A stretch of 64,000 bases of DNA from Gekko japonicus (GCF_001447785.1 NW_015167538.1:740511-804510); one strand, 5' to 3'; positions 24,060 to 38,075 are shown, numbered from the stretch's first letter. A program made the numbers and translations. Notes: generated by a model from the sequence alone, not told the origin.

Positions 24060-27000
24060 ATTTCATGCACACACGCATGAATGCACATACACACACACTG
24101 GGCCACCATTAGGGCTGCCAGCTCTGGGTTGGGAAATTTTGGGAGTGGAGCCTGTGGAAGGCATGGTTTGGAGAGGGGAGAGACATCCGTGGGGCATATC
24201 ACCATAAAGTCCACTCTCCAAAGCAGCCATTTTATTCAGGTGGGGTTGTCAGCTTTGGGCTGGGAGATTCCTGGAGATCTAGGGGTGGAGCCTCGGAAGG
24301 ATGGGGTGTGGGAAGGGAAACCTCAGTGGGGATATTACCATACAGTCCAACTTCCAAAGAAGCCATTTTCTCCAGGGGAACTGATCTCTGTAACCTAAAA
24401 ACCAGTTGTAATTCTGGGCGCTCCAGCCACCACCTGGAGACTGGCAACCCTAGTCACCAGCTAGAAAACAGGTGATTGCCCTCTGTGCGCTCAGAACCTG
24501 CCCTGCCTCCAAGGTGCTTAGCACCACAGGCACAGTTGTCCCTCCCCAATGTATTTGATAACAGACCTGCAAAGTAGGTCATGCCAAGAGATAAAAGACT
24601 TGCCTGAGACCTAAGTAAATGTCATGACTGAGCCATGATTTCTATCTGGGTCTCCTTAGCCTTAATCTGACACTCTTATCGGACACGCCACACTGGTCAA
24701 GGTAATTTCTGTGTGTCATTTAGTGTGTCATGTAAAATCTTACGAACACATGAAGCTGCCTTATACTGAATCAGACCCTTGGTCCATCTAAGTCAGTATT
24801 GTCTACTCAGACCGGCAGCAGCTCTCCAGGGTCTCAGGCTGAGGTCTTTCACATCATCTGCTGCCTGGTCCTTGTAACTGGAGATGCTGGGGATTGAACC
24901 TGGGACCTCCTGCATGTCAAGCAGATGCTCTGCCACTGAGCCACAGCTTTGCTTCAGTTCTGTTTTTAGAATTTTGATGGGTTCTGCAACTCTAATCCTA
25001 TTGCATTGCTGTTGAATACCCCATCCTGTTAATTGTACTGACTCACTCTGTGTAATCCACCTTGAGTCCAAGTGAGAAAGGCAGACTATAAATGATGTAA
25101 ATAATTTTTTTTTTAATTAAAGATGCATGAATTAACAGCAGTAACATGTTAGTCCCATTTCACAGATAGGGAACTGAAGCCAAGAGAAAATGACCTGGTG
25201 CAGCCCCACATGACATTCGAACTCATGTCTGTCTCCTCGTACTCTGCCTTCACTAACAGTATGCAGTTACCCTAGCCTACGTCAATTGAAATCAGTAGAT
25301 TTAGGTTAGAGTAGCCTTGCATAGGATTTCACTGTAAGTCACTGTGCAATCGTAAACAGGTCTACTCAGAATCCTACTCCAGTCTACTCAGTGGGGCTTA
25401 CTCCCAGGAAAGTGTTCTCAGGATGGCACTATTAGGCTCCTACGGAAGCAGGCTCAGCCAAAGGCAATCTGGGCAAAAGCCTCAGTTTCAATAGTGGAAA
25501 ATAAAAATGTCCACTCCAGGAGATCAGCACATGGGAGATTCCCAGGCATCTGGGCCAGTGATTTGGATGCTGACCAAGCTGCAGCCATTGCTCAAAGCTA
25601 AGAAAGGAAGCATGAATCCTTCTTGTTGGAAATGAATGTGTTTACAAGGTCTGATGATTCAGTCATTATAGGGTTAACTTGTATTCCTAGTTTGCTATTG
25701 TTTAGACTGACCTGGAAGGGATACCTGGCACTAAGCCAATGGGGAATTAGCCCGGGAAAAGTAGCTTCTACTGTGATACAGATTGGTCATTTGTTTCAGG
25801 TGACTTCCTTTCTTGGGGTCAAGAAGAAGGAGAGATTCTCCATTATGTGTGTGCTAGGTTTGACTATAGGCAGCTTAGAAATGTAGCTCTTAGTGTTATG
25901 TTAATTTGTAGTAATCCCGTGAACCCTTTTTCCTTAGAAATAAAGGTTTTTTAAAGGCAAAGAAATCTCTTCTTTCCAATAGAGCAAGATTCATTAATAG
26001 TCCAAGTATTAAACACTTTTTGACTATTTTACAACACTTCTTAGATTAAAGAAGGGTCTTACACCCCTTTTCCCAAAAAGGATATTCAAAAAGTCAGAAG
26101 GATAACTTCAGATGGGCCACTTAAAATGCTTTTCGGTCCCACTCTCTGTACGCGTCTGTGTGTTTGCAGGCACATGCATGTGAGTGTTTGAAACAAAGCA
26201 CCTTTACATGTGGTTCTGCACATGCGAAAAGCAGAAAGGCAACTTTTAAATGCACTTATGAAAAAAGCATTAGCTTTAAATACACTTAACACACATGTGA
26301 AAACCAGAAACACAGCTTTAATTGTGCTCATGCACCACGTGAAAACCAGGAAAACGGTTCTAAATATACTTTTATCAGGTTTCTCAGTTGGGTTAATGGC
26401 TGCAAAAGAACGCTATCGAATAATCCCACTGCAGTTTTACCAGTCCAGAATTTTCAAAATGGCATGTGTGTGAATGAAACCTCACAGACTGATTTGGTTG
26501 TTGGAATAAATATCTGTGGCCGTGGCTTGCTTTTCTCAGTTGCTTGGAAGATAAAATGGTACTGAGGAGGTGTGTGAGTGGAGGGGGGAGGGACAAGTTA
26601 ACAAAGTAAATGAGGGCTGGGAAATACAGAGAACAGTAATGTGCAATGTGGAGACTGTGCCGTGTGCATGTTGACACCCCCAGACAAAAGTGATTATTGC
26701 CTGAAAATTCCAAGACATTGATCAATGTCTACAATACCCCAAAATGTCCCTTTCAGCCTCCAGTGGTAGATGTCCAAAAATGCAGGGAGGGAGAGATATC
26801 TGGTTTGGGATATTCATGAAATTCATCTGGGATTCGCATATGTCAGCATTTGACAAATTCTGGACATGCCCGCATCTGTTCCATGTCTGCATCTGCCAAC
26901 AGCAAGGATGCTTCTGCAGATACAAAGATCATTCTAGACATCTTTGCTGGCATCAGTGCATAAGCATGGGTCACAGTGCCAAAAATGCGGTCCTCAAGAG

Positions 27001-28374
27001 ATCTGCACTCACTCATGGCACTTATAATCAGGGGAGTTTCATCCCTTGCTACTGAGGCCTTTTGGGCCACCCAAAATAAGAACAGATTTAAAAAATCTCA
27101 CCGAGAGGTACATTAATTTGCAGCAAAAACTGGGCACTTCCAAGACTAAGCATTTTATTCCACCATCACCTACCACAGATTACAGCCCAGTTTAGTCAGA
27201 AACCTGCCTAAGCACACTTGAACTCACATGAAGCTTTCTTACACCAAATCAGACCATCAGTCCAACAAAGTCAATATTGTCTACTCAGACTGGCAGCAGC
27301 TCTCCCGGTTCTCAGGTCTTTTGCATCACCTACTGCCTGGTCCTTTTTAACTGGAGATGCCGGGGATTGAACCTGGGACGTTCTGCATGCAAAGCAGATG
27401 TTCTTCCATTGAAAGGAAGAAGAAGAGAAGAGATTGGATTTATATCCTGCCCTTCACTCAGAGTCTGAGTGGCTTACAAACTCCTTTCCCTTCTCCTCCC
27501 CACAACAGACACCCTGTGAGGTAGGTGGGGCTGAGAGAGCTCTGACAGAAACTGCTCTTTTTCAAGAACAGCTCTGACAGAACTATGGTTTGCCCAAGGT
27601 CATCCAGCAGCTGCAAGTGGAGGAGTGGGGAATCAAACCCAGTTCTCCCAGATTAGAGTCCACACATTTAACCACTACACCAAACTGAGCCACAGCCCCT
27701 CCATTCAATGGACTCGAAAGGGTATAACTCTGCTTAGGATTGCACAGCCGGCATAGGAAACTGGCCAAGGGATGTGTTGCGCTGTGTGCCAAATCAGCCG
27801 CTTGTGGCCCAAAATATACTGGGCTTTTGTGGAATAAATTTATCTCGGCATCATTCAATAAGCCTCTTTGTGTCGTACTCCCTTTGGAGAGCTTCCCCTG
27901 CACCAGCGATTGGTTCTTAACCAGCTCCTAAGGAGAAGAAGGCAAAGGAAGGAACTTCAAAAGATGCAGCCCAGCAGGCAGCGGGGAGAAAAGCACACCT
28001 GCCACAAATAGCCTCCTCTATCCAACTTCCAAAGAGATAGGAGAGCCCGGCTGTCCCCCTTTTCAGCAGGTCATTTACTTATGAGAGATGACTAGAAGTA
28101 ACCTTTACCCCCACCAGTAACCTCTAGCCAACGACCATCCCCTTTTCGCAGCCAGACTCCAGACAAAGCTGACAATGGAGTTGCTGTGCTACCACTTCTG
28201 TCTCTTTAAAGGTTTTGGAACAGGGAGTGGGTTGACCCCCATCTATAGAAGGAGGAAGCTTCCCCTGCTAATGCAGGAGCTACCTTTGGGTCCGGTAATG
28301 CCACCTGCTGCCCCAGAAACCAGGCTTCCTCTCCCTCCAGCCACCCACCCTGACCCCCAGTTTTGATACAGTAC

Positions 28375-28413
28375 CTTTGCCTTGTTCTCTGGCTCAGAGA
28401 TGTACGAAGCCAT
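28375..28413 (-). CDS. Candidate alternative first coding exon of SEPT4 (MASYISEPENKAK)
   Basis: aaaATGg Kozak context, aag|gtactg phase-0 donor compatible with downstream phase-0 acceptors. Confidence 0.35.
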
Positions 28414-30089
28414 TTTCCACTCTGAACTAAGCTGCAAATGGAATATTTTGCTACAGGGCTTGTAAATTAAAGGGAGGTAGGATGGAAGGGTGGGGGGAGA
28501 ACAGTCACTGATATTTGCATAACCACTCCCTCAGCCATTCCTGCATTTGCTCAGGCTGATGTTTTGACACAGACTGAGCTGGCAGGAAAGGGCTCTTGCT
28601 GCCCCCGAGAAAGATCCATTCATTCAGCTCTGCCTGCTCCAATATCTCAGGAGCGAGTTTTAATTTCAGCTAGACCTCTGACCCCCAACCCAGCTTGCAA
28701 AACAGTTCTCCCACATCTAAAGCAGAATGACTCTGAGCATGTGCAGAGTACCACTGCCAGGGAGTGTAAAATTTCTAAAGCAATAAATGCTGAAGTTCCA
28801 GATTGGGGAACATCCTTAATATCTACAGACTCATTCCCTGAATTAGTGATGCTTTGCGTATACCTTGAATTCACTTGTGAAGAAACTGAGGTCTTGCAAA
28901 GCTCTCAGCACAAAGTACTAAGCCATAAAGGGTAACTTAGTTGCGTACAACAGCATGGAGATGTTAATTGTATACCTCAAGCAATATGCTGCTTCCTGCT
29001 ATGGATGTAGATGTTCTCTCTCTCCATAAACTCTAATTTTGTGCTCCCTTGGCATAGCCAAGTGGCAAATAAACTAATAAAGAAACAAATGGCACTGCAA
29101 AACTTGTTCGACCAGAATAGCTAGAAGGAACGTCAACCAGTTAAAGGCCCTAGAGTCGATTCATCATGTGCTAGTTAATCAACTGATGACATATATTTTC
29201 CATACGACCAAAACCTCAATATAGATACCTTTCTGAGATAAGTATATACACCAGCTCTACTGGATCCATCCAAAGAACTATCTATTCCAGCATCTTCCTT
29301 CTAAGAGTACCTAACCACATGATTCTGAGAAGTCCACAAGAAGGCAGGATTGGAATGCACCACTGAAGGATATCCCTTGCACAAAGGGATGCAACAGAAA
29401 GAGAGGAGGATCCGCGCTCAGTGTATACACTTGCACAGAAATCCTAGCGGGTGAGCTTCATGAAGAGCATCAGGGTTTAAAAAAAAAAACACAGAGAAAG
29501 AATTCAAAATAACATTGCTGTTAGAGAATCCAACTGACCTCCAAGCTTTGCTGAAATACAGTACAGATATTTCAAAGAAGTGACAATCAGTAATCATGAG
29601 AGACTTCAAATCTCTGATAGTTGTTGGAAGACTCCGGGTTGAATCCAGATTAACTCTTCCACTTAACCAAGACACTTTTGTCAGTGGAACAGAATGTACC
29701 CCCCCATACACACACATTGCAGCCTACTGACCTCCCCAAAGTGCTGCTCCTGGGGGAGAGGGGACCCTCAGGAAGAGTATATGAGCCAAATCCAGGGTCT
29801 GCAGCAGGAATGGATTGGTGGAAATCACCCCACCCCTTCTGTTAACAGAAAATTTAATCTGTATCCAACCATCAGTGCAAACCTAAGCATAATTATCTCC
29901 TTGTAACCCAGTGAAGTAAACTCCCACTAAGTATGGAATTAAAATAAATTCCAGACTTGCATTTCTGACAACTTCTGTTTTCAGAACATAGAGGAAGGAA
30001 GAGGGGAACTGACACGCTTTGCCTTTGATCCTAGCCAACAGGGAAGACTTGGCTGATGAGGTCAAAGTGGTGGGAACTTTGGAGGGGAA

Positions 30090-30322
30090 AAGGGTAACGG
30101 TAAAGGTTCCCTTGCTCGAAAGCCAGTCGAATCCGACTCTAGGGTTGTGGTGCTCATCTCCGTTTCAAAGCCGAAGAGCCAGCGCTGTCTGAAGACGTTT
30201 CCGTGGTCATGTGGCCGGCATGACTAAACACCAAGGCGCACGGAACGCTGTTCACTGAAGTGGTACCTATTTATCTACTTGCAATTTCTTGCTTTCGAAC
30301 TGCTAGGTTGGCAGGAGCTGGA
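30090..30322 (-). mobile_element. Sauria SINE 3' part
   Basis: ggtaaaggtt...ggtgctcatctcc...ggtcatgtggccggcatgac...ttcgaactgctaggttggcag matches the recalled Sauria SINE consensus (ACCTTT-type tail in reverse). Confidence 0.75.
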
Positions 30323-30589
30323 AATTGACCTCCTAATGCTGAGATTCTTGGTCATGGAAAACTCATGGGGAAGGTAAATCGACAAGTACCTTGAGCTTCA
30401 GGAAAGTGGATTTAACAGGCACCAAAAAATGCTAGCTGATAAATCAGATAAAAGAATCCAAGGAGGGGATTTATTACAGATGGGACCTGCCCAAAAAAAG
30501 GAGTTAATAAAAGGACAGCTGTATACAATACCAACAAGAAAGAAAAGTGGGAGCTAACTTAAGAAGTGGCACTTTAACAGCTTGAAGTG

Positions 30590-31245
30590 GCAAAATTCAG
30601 TCCTTGGCCTTGTACTCTTTGACACTTTTCTCAGTGACTTGGATTAAAGGGTGGAGGTCATCTGGATGACGGGGTAGAGGCAATCCTTATCAAATTTACA
30701 GATGGCATAAAAGGTGGAGGGACACCTAACACTTTAGAAGACGGAAATGAAATTCCAAATGACCTTGGTATACTGGAAAGATTGGCTGAAACAAAGAAAA
30801 TGAAGCTCAGCAGTGATCAATGCCAAATTATGCATTTGGACAAAAATGATCAAATACATAAGTATGGGATGGGTGACACCTGGCTTGGCAGCAGTACCTG
30901 TGAAAAGGATTTGGGGGCTGCAGTCGATCCCAAGTCAAACATGAGCCCACAGAGGATGCCACTTTTTAAAAAGGCCAATGTTATTTTAGACTTCATTAAC
31001 AGAAGCAAAGTATCTAAGTCATGACTGGTACTAGTTCCACTTTACTCTGAGTTAGTCAGACCTCATATGGAGTACTATGTTCAGTTCTGAGAGTTGCACT
31101 GTAAGAACAATGTGGACAAACTGGAACAGGTTCTGAACAGGGTAACTGAAATGGGCAGAAGTCTGGAAAACAAGTCTTAGGAGGAAAGGTTGAAAGAACT
31201 GAGCATGTTTAACCACGAAAAGACAATACTCAGGGAGGACCATAT
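30590..31245 (+). mobile_element. Old CR1 LINE RT/C-terminal fragment
   Basis: WAETKKMK..DQCQIMHLDK..YGMGDTWLGSSTCEKDLG..KKANVILDFINR. Confidence 0.85.
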
Positions 31246-32089
31246 GTCAGGAATGGTCTAGTTTGGATTTCCTGCATGGACTTGCGGGACTAGATTACCC
31301 TTTATGGGTACCATTATGGATGCCATCCCACTCCAAGATTCTACGAAGGCAACAGTCCTCCTCCATTATTAGTCCACTAGAAATAAGGCCCGTTGTGGGA
31401 ATAAATACAACGAGATCTAGAAAGAGGCTCTGGGAGAGTGCTCTGGCTTTGGGCAAACAGTGTTAGTCTGCTTTTAAAACATGAACCTGGGACCTGCACA
31501 CCACCAGAATACAGCAGGTTCCATATGCAACTGACATTCCAACTGCCTTGCGGGGGGGGAGTTTGAGGTGTGGAATGGAGTGAAGTCCAATCAGCTTCCA
31601 TATGCAAAAAACCAGGTTGTCGCAGCAGTTGTGGTGTGGGCAGGACCCGGGCTTTGCCTTCTGATTGGTGGCGATATATGCTGAGGAGCAGTGCCATCAG
31701 CCATACACTAAGGGAGTGCATTTTAGAATTAGAACTTTGGCACCCACTATTATATAAGGAGAGATAGGATCTGATGCCTCTGAGAATAGAGGCTGCATTT
31801 CAGGATTGTCATTGGTGACGTCATGGTTCTCTTCTACACAAAAGTGTTCCGGCCAGATCAGACCAAGGTGGGTCCACCGTCCATCCAGCCCAACATCCTT
31901 TGGGAAGCCCATAAGTCAGGCATGAAAGTGATGCCCATCCCCTATTGTTTGTCCCAGCATCAGGTCTTCAAAGGACTTTGAAGCTCTCTTTATGGCAGTA
32001 GACTCTGACTCCACAAACATCTGAGTCAGTATCCCCTAACATTTCAGAAGAAAATCAACTTGTGTTTCACAGATGACAGCAAAGCTTTT

Positions 32090-32780
32090 CACTGTGTGGA
32101 TCATGAAAAGCTATGGTTGGTTTTAAAATAAATGTTTTGATGCACAACCTGTACTCCGGACAACAGGCTGCTGTTAGGACAGAATATGAAGAAACAGAAT
32201 GGTTTCCTACTGGCCAAAGCGTCAGATGTGTATGCATTTTATCACTGTATCTCTTCAATCTATATGCAGATCATAAGGAAAGCTAGATTAGATTGAAGGT
32301 GGAGGGAAAACTGGTGGGAGGAACGTTGTGATATGCAGATAACACCACATTACTAGCAGAAAATAATGAAGACTTGAAACAACTCCCTGCTGAATGTTAG
32401 AGTAGAAAGTGTCAGAGCAGAATTACAGCTGAATACCAAGAAGACAAAAGTAATGACTACTGGGGAATTACACAACTTTAAGGTTGACAATGAAGAAACT
32501 GAAATTGTTCAAGATTTTCTATTCCTTGGTCCCATTATCAACCAACTTTGGTCACATTATGAGAAGACAAGTCACTGGAAAAGACAATAATGCTAGGAAA
32601 AGTTGAAGGCAGCCGGAAAAGAGGAAGACCCAACATGAGATGGATTGATTCGATCAAGGAAGCCAGGGCCCTCAGTTTGCAAGACATAAGAATGGCTGTT
32701 ACAACAGGATGTGTTGACAAAGTAAATTCATAGGGTCACCATCAGTTGAAAGGGACTCGACGGCACTTAACAAACACACA
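32090..32780 (+). mobile_element. Degraded RTE-clade LINE with internal deletion and 3' end
   Basis: RT motifs (LSLYLFNLYA; YADNTTLLAE) and FGHIMR..SLEKTIMLGKVEGSRKRGRPNMRWID; ACA-type tail. Confidence 0.85.
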
Positions 32781-33947
32781 TCTAAGTGAGCGGCCAGCGC
32801 AACATCTTGTGGCCCTGGAGGGCATACAAGTTAAAATGTAATGAAAAGAAGCCGAGAATCTCAAAAAATGAAACCTGCTTAATCATCAATTTCACCAATT
32901 AATATTTTCACACAGGGTTTATAACTGACCCCCCCACACACACACTGATTAATCAGTTACTGCTATGGATGATTAATCTAACCAATCATCAAATTCATGC
33001 TTGAAGCCTTAACTGCTAGGCAGTTTAGATCTCGAGTTTTGCACATACACACTTTGGGAGAAAACTGAATAAATTACACATATCCAAAAGCTGTCAGATA
33101 TTTGTAATTTGGCCAGAAGTGCAGACTCTGGTGTCAAAGGAACGAAGACGCTCTGAGCATCAAACCCTCACAATGGCTATAGGCGGGTATGTTTCCAGAG
33201 CCATGGAGAGTGCTGGACATCCACATGTGGTGCCCAGATGTGTAATCCAGCTGCATAAGGGACTGGAACTAAAGCAAGCTGGCTCATGCATGGTACTTCC
33301 TGTTGCTGGGAAAGAAGTGTGTCAAGAAGTAAGGGGAACCAATCAGCATCTGGCCTTTGGAGAACGCATGGTCCCCTCCCAGCCGTGTGATGGTCTCAAA
33401 TAGCCAGCATCTGCCCTGATTTCAGAAAAACATAAGAAAAACCTTACTTCATCAGACTAAAGGTCCATTGGTCGAATCTCCTGTTCCTCACCCAGGCCAA
33501 GCAGTCCTTCCCCATCTGGAAGGTCCACAAGCAGGGCACAGATGCCACAGCCTTCCCCTGTTGTTGCCAAGCAACCAGTATTCAGAGGTACACTGCCTCT
33601 GAACATGGAGGTTCCATTTAGCCATCATGGACTTTGGCCAGTCCTTCATAGATCTGTCTGATTGTTCTTTAAAGCCGTCAAAGGTAGCAGCCATCTCTGT
33701 ATCTTGTGATGGGTCTACTAGACTTTCTACAGTCTTCCAGATGCAGACACTTCAAGGCGAAAAAGAAGCCTTAAACATCTTGGTCCCTGCTTGCTTTAGA
33801 GACAGCCATCCCCCCCAATTATGTCCCACCATCATCTCCAAGATCCACCAACAGCATGCCATTTAAATAATATCCTCATGCACTGCTTGAGCCAGGAAGG
33901 ACTGCTCCCCAGTTCTGGATCCTCCTCCCTTCTGGACTTATCGCAAT

Positions 33948-34153
33948 GAATGCTCCCTCTAGGCTGTGCAGTCTTGTGAGCAAAAACTCTTCTCTGTGAG
34001 CTACTGGCATTAAAGTTGTGAGCAAGTGATTTGGCTACTGCATAAATCAGTTTGCTCTGGAGCCATCCCTCCTGAGCCTAGACAAAAATGTGTGAGCCGG
34101 AGGCTAAAAAACTGTGAGCTAGCTCACACTAACACAGTTTAGAGGGAACACTG
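33948..34153. mobile_element. hAT-type MITE, family C
   Basis: Ends ...agagggaacactg; TSD atcgcaat/attgcaat; inverted related copy at 39307-39512. Confidence 0.75.
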
Positions 34154-34949
34154 ATTGCAATCCATCTTCCCAATCTAAAGCCCGGCTGCTATATTATGTT
34201 GCCTCTGCTGCCAACCTGAAAGTCATCATTATTCAACAAACAAACTTCAAAGGGGGACTCCATGTAAACTCTCCACCCAGTTAGAACTCATCAGGAAGCT
34301 TTTAACTCTCTCATTAAGCCTTGCTAAATACAATGGATTCCAGTCACACACTGCAGGTGTTATTATGAATTAGCTCAGCAAGTCTAGTGAGATTGGTTAC
34401 CGCCAATTAGCGCCGATGTGAAACTGCCACTCTGAGCATACGTTTGAGCTTTGCTTAGATGCTATCTCTTGCATTTCATTGACTTTTAAACCCACTATTT
34501 TGCATGTCCCGTATCTCTGTCAAGGGAGGACATACTGTCTGCATCTAATGAAGCCCACAAAAATCTCTGCCATCACTAAGCAGTAGTTTCTCTACAAGCA
34601 GCCTCTCTTGCTGTGTCTTGCGACATATCCTATGTTCCCCAATCATGCTTCTAATCAGCATTAATGAAAACTAGCCAAATGCCAGCTTTGACTTCACAAT
34701 CCTTAACATATATCATACATCTAAGTCTGGATCAGTTGTCACCTTTCAGCGTTTGAATCCTCCCAGTTCATACAATCCACAGTAAAGCAACTTCAGACAG
34801 AAAAAGATTCCTTTTTCCAGCTCTGATCTGCTTGCATTGCACCAGGGATATAAAGCCTATGAATTACATAGAAATGGCAGACCTTTCAGAGATGCTACCC
34901 AGAAACCATGCCTCTCCTTGTTGGCCACTGCCACTTAAAGAGCAGGGCA

Positions 34950-35504
34950 CAACCAATTAAAAGACGCCTGCTCCTTGGGAGGAAAGCGATGGCGAACCTA
35001 AACAGCATGATAAAAAGTAGAGACATCACCCTGCCAACAAAAGTCCGCATGGTCAAAGCAATGGTATTCTCAGTAGTCATGTATGGCTGCGAGAGTTGGA
35101 CTATAAGGAAGGCCGAGCGCCGAAGAATAGATTCTTTTGAACTATGGTGCTGGAGAAGACTCTTGAGAGTCCCTTGGACTGCAAGAAGATCAAATCAGTC
35201 AATCCTAAAAGAAATCAACCCTGACTGTTCCCTGGAAGGCCAGGTAATGAAACTGAAGCTCAAATACTTTGGCCACCCAATAAGAAGGGAGCACTCACTG
35301 GAGAAGACCCTGATGCTGGGAAAGACTGAAGGTCAAAGAAGACGGGGATGGCAAAGGATGAGATGGTTAGACAGTGTCATAGATGCAACGAACATGAAAT
35401 TGAGCAAACTTCAGAGGACGGCGGAAGACAGGAGGGCCTGGCGGGAGCTGGTCCATGGGGTCGCGAAGAGTCGGACTCGACTGTGCGACTGAACAACACA
35501 ACCA
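34950..35504 (+). mobile_element. BovB (RTE) LINE 3' end
   Basis: IKRRLLLGRKAMANL..KSRDITLPTKVRMVKAMVF..VMYGCESWTIRKAERRRIDSFELWCWRRLLRVPWTARRSNQSILKEI is diagnostic BovB; (ACA/AAC) tail. Confidence 0.95.
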
Positions 35505-37390
35505 ACAGCCACTGAAGTAATAATTCCCAAACTGTGGTCCACAAGGGACTTTTCATAAAATTCTATTCATAAAAATACAGCTCAAAGTTCCCGCCTGAGG
35601 CTAACTGCTGCATCTCTGCACCAGTTGTTGTCACTTTGGTCTTGCCTCTTGCCAACCAACCTCTGCTGGAGGTGAATAACTCTGTCATCCCCTCAGAAAT
35701 GGTTGGCAATGCAGAGATTCAGCAGGACATGCTCTCTTTAGCAGAATGAGGACTTATACAGAAACACGGTTGATAGACTCAGAAGGTGGGTCATTCTTAA
35801 GCATCCTCACGGTAAAGCTCTGCAGATATAATTCCCCCCCCCCAAAAAAAGATGCATCAGCTATCAGAAGTTTGGGAAACAATGAAAGGGACTAAGGATG
35901 TCCTGCCCTAACCTAGATGGCCCTGGCTAGCACAATCTCATCAGATCTCAGAAGCTAAGAAGAGTCAGTCCTGGGTTGCTATGCAGAGAAAGGCAGTGGC
36001 AAACCACCTCTGTACGTCTCGCGCCTTGAAAACCCTGTGGGGTCTCTGCAGGTCAACGGTGACTTGACAGCACTTTCCAACACCAAAGATGCCTTCTCTA
36101 GTCAATCTCAATCCTTTCCAATGCATGCCTAAAACCAAATTTTGCTGAGAGAGGAATGGGGCATTCATGGCCAGCTTGCCACAAGTGGATTGTCCATGAG
36201 GTCGTGGGCACAAAATAGGACTTAGCACAGCCCATTCGTGCAGAGGGTTTTTTTTAACCCATAGATTCATTTCCCCAGCAATATGCTTTTTTAAAAAAAG
36301 TATGATGGCATTATAATTATTTTAGTCTGAAATGTCCAATTGCAAAATTGTCAATTTTCATTCTCTCAATTCACCTTGGAAGGTTTCTTTTAAGACATGT
36401 TAAACCTTGCTAGTATATCTTCAAGGCAATAAATAATATTAATGATGAAGTTGACAATTGTTGCATGTTGCTGGGGAAGGTGGGTTTCCCATAAAGAGCA
36501 ATAGCAACAACATTGTAGGGGTTTTTTTTTGGGGGGGGGATCGCTATTTTTGCAAGAAAATTTCAGTTAAGCCTAGCTCATCACCTGTGCTCAGAAGTTC
36601 AACATTCTAGCCTTTCCCTTGGAATGCCTAACCCGTTATAGGGAGAATTAGAAAAATGTGACTATCCGGCAGTGGCTTCTGTCTATCGGAGTGGTTTGCA
36701 AATCTTGCTGGGGAGGGAAGAAGCAGCTGGTTAAAAACATACATTTGATTTCATGCAAAGAAAAAAAGGAAGATATTTTGCAGGGGAAAGTGACTGAAGC
36801 GCTGTCCACAGAGGCAGCAGAACTCTCCAGTGCTTCCAAAGATCTGCTTCATCCAAGTTCCAACCAGGAGAAGAGATCCTGAGATTCCTGGCCTATCAGA
36901 CTGCCTGATTTCTCTCTCTCTCTCTACACACACATATATATACATATATGTATATGTGTGTATAGCTGTCAAGTCACAGCTGACTTTTATGACCCCGTAG
37001 GATTTTCAAGGCAAAAGACATTCAGAGGTGGTTTGCCGTTGCCTGGCTCTGCATCATGACTCTGGTATTCCTTGGAGGTCTCACACCCAAATACTAGCCA
37101 GGGCCAACCCCAGTTAGTTTCCGAGATCTGGTGAGATCGGGCTAGCCTGTGTCATGCAGGTCAGGGTAATTTCAAAGATACCCTCCCCCAAAAAAAAATT
37201 CCAAGGAGGGCTGGCAACAGAACACAGGGAGTGGCTTATGCACTAGGCTGCCAAAAGGACTAGTATGGATCACCTGCATCACTGGAAGAGTGCCTAAAAG
37301 ACAACACTTGGAAAATTCACACTGTTTGGATGGTAAACCTCCCCCCCTACAAATCCAGGCACAGGGGGAAGGTCTGTCTGCCTGCACTGG

Positions 37391-38075
37391 TGTTGGGATT
37401 CTTTTTGAGTAAGTCAGGAGAGTATTAAGAGACTGAGTCCATGGTGTGTATTAAAAATATAAACGTTTCCTATAAACCTAACATGGGAAAAAGGTACACA
37501 GGATATAAAATAACAAAGAGCTAATATGTCTACATCCTTACAGCTAGAAGGTAAAACGGGAAGCGACGAATGGCGTCTCCTTCTCTAGTCAGAACAAAGA
37601 ACGGGAGGAGAAGCCAATATGCTAAATACTTGACACCTTGGTTTCCAATCAGACTAGCAAATTAGCTCCAAAGTTCCCGGGCATTCTGTTGTCTAAACAG
37701 ATTGGTTACAAACGAACATGTGACTTAATAAACATCATTTTTTTTCTTTATTTTATTTAAAAATATGAAAAATTTACATTAAAAATAACTTCAACAATCC
37801 CCCGGGTTCCCCTCACCCCCCCATAATTAAAAAAAGGTTCATATAAACTACTTTATAAAACAACGGTCTAACTCAATAAATTACTATAACTACACTCTAC
37901 AGAACAGACTGTAGACCTAACATGAGGCTAATCAGAGATTTATCAGGTCCAAATTATCGGCCGTAGCAGGAATCACAGCTTGCGACTTCAGGTAGTCTAG
38001 GATTGGTGCCCAAGACTTAATAAACATCATTAACCCTGTAAGGTACTGAAGTGTTTTGACTTGTAACACCCAACA
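37391..38075. mobile_element. Solo LTR with a nested L1 3' end (37740-38013)
   Basis: tgttggg...cccaaca ends, 5-bp TSD actgg; internal insert flanked by 18-bp duplication gacttaataaacatcatt. Confidence 0.85.

Noticed and set aside
23870-24214. Poly-Lys / poly-Ser ORFs
   Set aside because: Translation of the (TCT)n SINE tail.
36700-36882. Protein-like plus-strand stretch (KEKKEDILQGKVTEALSTEAAELSS)
   Set aside because: No convincing splice sites or homology; cannot be tied to a gene.
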